Below the pieces are notes generated by a model. The model searched no databases, was not told where the DNA came from, and was given only the letters and a program-made list of their open reading frames with translations. From sequence record SRR31156797_3442: a stretch of 51,877 nucleotides of DNA; one strand, written 5' to 3'. How positions within the stretch are numbered: the first letter of the stretch is position 1; every line of letters starts with the position of its first letter. Both the position numbers and the translations under genes were made by a program. This document shows, one piece after another, positions 46,978 to 51,877 of this stretch.

Positions 46978-49900
46978 ATGGGCTCTAAGTATAAAGAATA
47001 CAGCAACTTAAACCTCCCGAAACTCGCGGATGAAGTGCGTGATTTCTGGAACCGGGAGGATATATTTCACCGGAGCTTAAAAAACCGCAATGGTCACGAA
47101 AAATATGTGTTTTACGAAGGTCCGCCAAGCGCCAACGGCAAGCCCGGAATTCACCACATGATGGCCCGGACCATCAAGGATATTTTTTGCAGATATAAAA
47201 CGCTGAAAGGATTTTATGTGCCGCGGAAAGCCGGCTGGGATACACACGGCCTTCCTATTGAAATAGCGGTTGAAAAAACGCTTGGAATCACTAAAGAAGA
47301 TATCGGCACCAAAATTTCTGTTGACGATTACAACAACGCCTGCCGCAAGGAGGTGATGAAATACAAGGAGGAATGGGACGACCTGACACGCCAGATGGGT
47401 TACTGGGTTGACCTGGATGATCCGTATATTACTTTCGAAAATAAATACATCGAAACAGTTTGGTACCTGCTAGCCAAATTGTATGAAAAAGGCTTGCTCT
47501 ACAAAGGATACACCATTCAGCCTTACTCACCGGCTGCCGGAACAGGCTTGAGCACTCATGAGCTGAACCAGCCGGGATGTTACCGTGATGTGAAGGACAC
47601 CACCATCACTGCACAGTTTAAAGTGGTGAAAGGTGAAAACGCTAATTTTCTTTTTAAGAATGATCGTGAGGTTTTCTTCCTGGCATGGACCACCACTCCA
47701 TGGACGCTGCCATCAAACACTGCACTGGCCGTTGGCCCGAAAATCAAATATGTACAGGTTGATACATTCAATACTTATTCCGGCAAACCCATTTCGGTGG
47801 TTCTCGCCAAAGATTTGGTGAACAGCTATTTCAACCCCAAGGCCAAAGAAGTTAAGCCTGAAGATTACAAGCAGGGCGATAAGTTGGTGCCCTGGGAAGT
47901 GGTGGATGAATTTGACGGGAAAAAGCTGGAGAACATCCGTTTTGAACAACTGATTCCGTGGATTAAGCCTGATGGCGATGCTTTTCGTGTGATTTTGGGT
48001 GATTATGTAACCACAGAGGATGGTACCGGTATTGTACACATTGCGCCAACTTTTGGTGCTGACGATGACAGGGTAGCCAAAGTTTCAGGAATAGCTCCTT
48101 TAGTGCTGATAGACAAAATGGGTGAACGACGCCCGATGGTGGATCTGAAAGGCCGCTTTTTCAGGATTGAAGAATTGGGTGAAGATTTTGTGAAAAAGTT
48201 TGTCGATACTGACACCTATGGTGAATATGCCGGGAGATACGTGAAGAACGATTATGATAAATCGGCCACAAAAGAGAGCCCCGTTCTGGATATTGATATT
48301 TCGGTGATGCTGAAGCTGGAAAACAAAGCCTTCAAAATCGAAAAATATGTACACAACTATCCGCATTGCTGGCGAACAGATAAACCTGTTTTATATTATC
48401 CACTGGATTCCTGGTTTATCAAAACTACGGCCTACAAGGAGCGGATGATCGAGTTGAATAATACCATCAACTGGAAACCCAAGGCAACGGGTTTTGGTCG
48501 TTTCGGCAACTGGCTCGAAAACCTGGTTGACTGGAATCTTTCACGCTCCAGGTACTGGGGAGTTGGACTACCGGTTTGGACTTCAGAAGACAAAACCGAG
48601 CAAATCTGTATCGGTTCGGCAGCCCAATTGAAATCTGAAATTGAAAAATCAGTTGCGGCAGGGGTAATGGATAAAAACCCACTGGCTGATTTTAATCCTG
48701 AGGATATGTCGGATGACAACTACAACAAGTTTGATCTCCACCGTCCTTATATCGACAACATTGTTTTGGTTTCAGGTAACGGCAAAAAACTTTTCCGCGA
48801 ACCAGATTTGATAGATGTGTGGTTTGATAGTGGAGCCATGCCCTATGCTCAGTTTCACTATCCGTTTGAAAACAAGGATCTTGAAGACTATTTTCCGGCT
48901 GATTTCATTGCTGAGGGCGTAGACCAAACCAGGGGTTGGTTCTATACACTACACGCAATCGCAGCCCTGGCCTTCGATTCCGTTTCCTACAAAACCTGCG
49001 TTTCAAACGGGCTTGTTTTAGACAAGAAGGGCAATAAAATGTCCAAGCGCCTCGGCAATGCTGTCGATCCTTTTGAAACCATCAACAAATACGGCCCCGA
49101 TGCTACACGCTGGTACATGATCACCAACGCACAGCCCTGGGACAACCTCAAATTTGACCTGGAAGGAATTGGCGAAGTACAGCGCAAGTTTTTCGGGACG
49201 CTATACAACACCTATGCTTTCTTCGCGCTCTACGCAAACATTGATCATTTCAAATACGATCAGGAAGATATTCCGCTGAATGAGCGCCCGGAACTGGACA
49301 GGTGGATAATTTCGGAACTCAATTCCCTGATAAAAACGGTAGATACGGCATTTGACGAGTATGAACCCACCCGCGCCGGAAGGGCCATTGCTCAATTTGT
49401 GGATGACAAACTCAGCAACTGGTATGTGCGGTTGTCCAGAAGGCGTTTCTGGAAAGGCGAGATGACGAATGACAAGATTTCGGCTTATCAAACGCTTTAT
49501 TACTGCCTGGAAAGTCTGGCTATACTTTCTTCACCCATTGCACCGTTTTTCTCTGAACGGTTGTTCATTGATTTAAATGCAGTGTCCGGAAGAAAAAATG
49601 ATCCGTCAGTCCACATGGTTGATATGATCAGAACAAACGAAGCAGGGATAGACAAGGATTTGGAAGAGCGGATGCAGTTGGCACAGAAAGTGTCGTCGAT
49701 GGTGCTTTCGTTGCGGAAGAAGGTAAAAATTAAAGTTCGCCAGCCACTCAACAAAATTATGATACCGGTGTTGAATGAGCATTTCCGCGAGCAGGTGGAA
49801 GCTGTTGAGGAATTGATCTTGTCGGAGGTGAATGTAAAGAACCTTGAATTTTTGCATGATGACAGTGGAATTATTTCCAAAAAGCTTAAGGCAAACTTCA

Positions 49901-50427
49901 AGGCGCTTGGCCCGAGATATGGCAAAATGATGAAGAAACTGGCACCGGCATTGATGAATTTCAATAAGGAGCAGATCGCTGAACTGGAAGAGCGGGGGAA
50001 ATATTTACTCGATCTTGAAGGGGAGCAAGTGGAAATTTTGATTTCTGATGTTGAGATCCTGACAGAGGATATTCCGGGTTGGCAGGTTGCCAATGACGGT
50101 ACGCTTACGGTGGCACTCGACATCACCCTGACAGACAAATTGGTGGAAGAAGGTATTGCACGTGATTTTGTGAATAAGATCCAGAATATGAGGAAGGACA
50201 ACGGTTATGAGGTTACTGATAAAATCAGAATAAAGGCCGAAAATTCTTCAGAAAAAATCAATCTGGCGATTCAGAACAATTTTGATTATATTTGTTCGGA
50301 AACACTTGCCAAATCACTCGATCTGGTAGACAACATCAATGGAGGAAATTCTGAAGCGGTTGAATTAGGAGAAGAACTTGAAACACGTATTCACATTATT
50401 AGAGATAACCCTAAAACACAGATTTAA
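46978..50427 (+). CDS. ileS: Isoleucine--tRNA ligase (type 2, long form)
   Basis: EGPPSANGKPGIHH, GWDTHGLP, WTTTPWTLPSN, GTGIVHIAP, EGVDQTRGWF and KMSKR motifs. Confidence 0.98.
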   Translation: MGSKYKEYSNLNLPKLADEVRDFWNREDIFHRSLKNRNGHEKYVFYEGPPSANGKPGIHHMMARTIKDIFCRYKTLKGFYVPRKAGWDTHGLPIEIAVEKTLGITKEDIGTKISVDDYNNACRKEVMKYKEEWDDLTRQMGYWVDLDDPYITFENKYIETVWYLLAKLYEKGLLYKGYTIQPYSPAAGTGLSTHELNQPGCYRDVKDTTITAQFKVVKGENANFLFKNDREVFFLAWTTTPWTLPSNTALAVGPKIKYVQVDTFNTYSGKPISVVLAKDLVNSYFNPKAKEVKPEDYKQGDKLVPWEVVDEFDGKKLENIRFEQLIPWIKPDGDAFRVILGDYVTTEDGTGIVHIAPTFGADDDRVAKVSGIAPLVLIDKMGERRPMVDLKGRFFRIEELGEDFVKKFVDTDTYGEYAGRYVKNDYDKSATKESPVLDIDISVMLKLENKAFKIEKYVHNYPHCWRTDKPVLYYPLDSWFIKTTAYKERMIELNNTINWKPKATGFGRFGNWLENLVDWNLSRSRYWGVGLPVWTSEDKTEQICIGSAAQLKSEIEKSVAAGVMDKNPLADFNPEDMSDDNYNKFDLHRPYIDNIVLVSGNGKKLFREPDLIDVWFDSGAMPYAQFHYPFENKDLEDYFPADFIAEGVDQTRGWFYTLHAIAALAFDSVSYKTCVSNGLVLDKKGNKMSKRLGNAVDPFETINKYGPDATRWYMITNAQPWDNLKFDLEGIGEVQRKFFGTLYNTYAFFALYANIDHFKYDQEDIPLNERPELDRWIISELNSLIKTVDTAFDEYEPTRAGRAIAQFVDDKLSNWYVRLSRRRFWKGEMTNDKISAYQTLYYCLESLAILSSPIAPFFSERLFIDLNAVSGRKNDPSVHMVDMIRTNEAGIDKDLEERMQLAQKVSSMVLSLRKKVKIKVRQPLNKIMIPVLNEHFREQVEAVEELILSEVNVKNLEFLHDDSGIISKKLKANFKALGPRYGKMMKKLAPALMNFNKEQIAELEERGKYLLDLEGEQVEILISDVEILTEDIPGWQVANDGTLTVALDITLTDKLVEEGIARDFVNKIQNMRKDNGYEVTDKIRIKAENSSEKINLAIQNNFDYICSETLAKSLDLVDNINGGNSEAVELGEELETRIHIIRDNPKTQI

Positions 50428-50450
50428 AAACCATTTAATACAACAATATT

Positions 50451-50873
50451 ATGGCAAGCAACAATAATAATAACAATGCTCAGGCGTCTACAAAGACAAA
50501 ATATGGCAAAGAGGAACTCGCGGAGTTCAAGAAGATCATTTTGGAAAAGCTTGAAAAAGCCAGGGCTGATCTTGAGTTGCTCACCGAAGCCTATACCAAT
50601 CACAACGAACATGACACCAACGACACTTCACCTACTTTTAAAGTACTTGAAGAGGGATACAGTGTGTTATCAAAAGAAGAGAACAGCAGGCTTGCGGCCC
50701 GTCAGCAGAAGTTTATCAATAACCTTGAAAACGCCCTTATCCGCATAGAAAACGGGACTTACGGAATTTGTCGTGTAACCGGAAAACTGATATCTCCGGA
50801 AAGGCTCAGGAGTGTACCTCACGCAACATTGAGCATCGAAGCAAAACTCCAGCAAAATAAACAACGCGGTTAA
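50451..50873 (+). CDS. TraR/DksA family transcription factor
   Basis: Coiled coil with DTND at the tip; ALIRIENGTYGICRVTGKLISPERLRSVPHA; lies between ileS and lspA. Confidence 0.88.
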   Translation: MASNNNNNNAQASTKTKYGKEELAEFKKIILEKLEKARADLELLTEAYTNHNEHDTNDTSPTFKVLEEGYSVLSKEENSRLAARQQKFINNLENALIRIENGTYGICRVTGKLISPERLRSVPHATLSIEAKLQQNKQRG

Positions 50874-50929
50874 ATTTTGTTTTCCAGCTGCCCGGAATCA
50901 ACCACTTATCCAATCCTTGAAAACAGGAC

Positions 50930-50937
50930 TACATTTG
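50930..50937 (+). promoter_or_regulatory. -7 promoter element (TACATTTG) for lspA
   Basis: TAnnTTTG 55 nt upstream of lspA. Confidence 0.5.
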
Positions 50938-50992
50938 TGCGCCCTGAACTATTGATCATCCATTCTTTAACTTCCAAAACATTTCAAAAGCG

Positions 50993-51751
50993 TTGAAAAA
51001 ACCCCTTCTGATAATTTTCCTGATTTTGATTGCCGATCAGACCCTGAAATTTTGGATCAAAATGAACATGACCCTGGGCCAGGAGTTTCATATCGCCGAT
51101 TGGTTTTTTATTCATTTTACCGAAAACGAAGGGATGGCTTTCGGGTTGACATTCGGAGGTGAATTTGGCAAGCTGGCATTGAGCCTGTTCAGGCTTGTAG
51201 CCATTGTGGCTATCGGATGGTATCTGCAGGATTTGGTTAAAAAGAAAATGCCTTTTGGACTGATTTTCAGCATCACCCTGATTTTTGCCGGTGCTGTTGG
51301 TAACCTTCTTGACAGTGCATTTTATGGTTTGATATTCAGTCATTCGTCTTACCATACTTTGGCCATACTTTTTCCCGAGGATGGTGGCTATGGAACATTT
51401 CTTCACGGAAAAGTTGTAGACATGTTTTACTTTCCGCTGATTCAGGGTACATACCCGGAGTGGTTTCCATTTTTCGGGGGTGGGGATTTTATCTTTTTCC
51501 GACCTGTTTTTAACCTGGCTGATTCTTCCATCACTGTTGGTGTGTTGATTTTGATCCTGTTCCAAAGGAAATATTTCACCAGGCCTCAGCATAAAGATGG
51601 CGAAGAAGTTAGAGATATTTTGGTTGAGGGCGAGCAGAATCAGGAATCGGTCACAGAATCTGCAGCAGTAAATAATGAGGAGGAATCTGAAGAAGTAATC
51701 AAAAAAATTTTCTCTGTTGATGATCCGGAGAAACCAACCGGGAAAAAATAA
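50993..51751 (+). CDS. lspA: Lipoprotein signal peptidase (SPase II)
   Basis: [27 protein letters not shown] and FNLADSSI motifs; acidic C-terminal tail. Confidence 0.95.
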   Translation: MKKPLLIIFLILIADQTLKFWIKMNMTLGQEFHIADWFFIHFTENEGMAFGLTFGGEFGKLALSLFRLVAIVAIGWYLQDLVKKKMPFGLIFSITLIFAGAVGNLLDSAFYGLIFSHSSYHTLAILFPEDGGYGTFLHGKVVDMFYFPLIQGTYPEWFPFFGGGDFIFFRPVFNLADSSITVGVLILILFQRKYFTRPQHKDGEEVRDILVEGEQNQESVTESAAVNNEEESEEVIKKIFSVDDPEKPTGKK

Positions 51752-51759
51752 AAAATTAT

Positions 51760-51767
51760 TACTTTTG
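51760..51767 (+). promoter_or_regulatory. -7 promoter element (TACTTTTG) for tRNA-Pro
   Basis: TAnnTTTG 23 nt upstream of the tRNA. Confidence 0.65.
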
Positions 51768-51790
51768 CAACCCGAAAATTTATTACCGGA

Positions 51791-51864
<74 letters not shown>

Positions 51865-51877
51865 CAAAGGTCATCAT

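Noticed and set aside
49500-50201. 233-aa minus-strand ORF
   Set aside because: Antisense shadow of ileS with the Ser/Phe/Ile-rich composition typical of such frames.

Overview
This is a Bacteroidota chromosomal window, probably Bacteroidales-like. The assignment rests on TAnnTTTG promoter -7 boxes, type IX secretion (T9SS) C-terminal domains and the ileS-dksA-lspA gene order. The window appears to contain the replication origin. Two parS palindromes bracket mnmG, and the nadA-rpiB intergenic region has tandem variant DnaA boxes next to trio-like repeats and an AT-rich tract, with no dnaA gene nearby. Housekeeping genes include ybeY, mnmG, an acyl-CoA carboxylase trio, nadA, rpiB, lutB, a pseudouridine synthase, mrdA-rodA, leuS, proline dehydrogenase, ileS, lspA and tRNA-Pro. 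Three accessory blocks stand out. (1) A GT2 glycosyltransferase is followed by three tandem Stf0-like sulfotransferases and a convergent rhamnosyltransferase-like gene. (2) A selenium cluster runs yedF-selD-[atypical sulfotransferase]-mnmH-[NifS/Sec-lyase::SelD fusion]-[tocopherol cyclase-like], interspersed with palindromic repeat elements. (3) Two large acidic T9SS-secreted proteins lie in tandem. The best candidate for an undescribed system is the selenium cluster: it has two intact SelD enzymes and a sulfotransferase-fold gene with altered donor-binding motifs 11 nt downstream of selD. All calls come from reading motifs by eye; no database searches were run.
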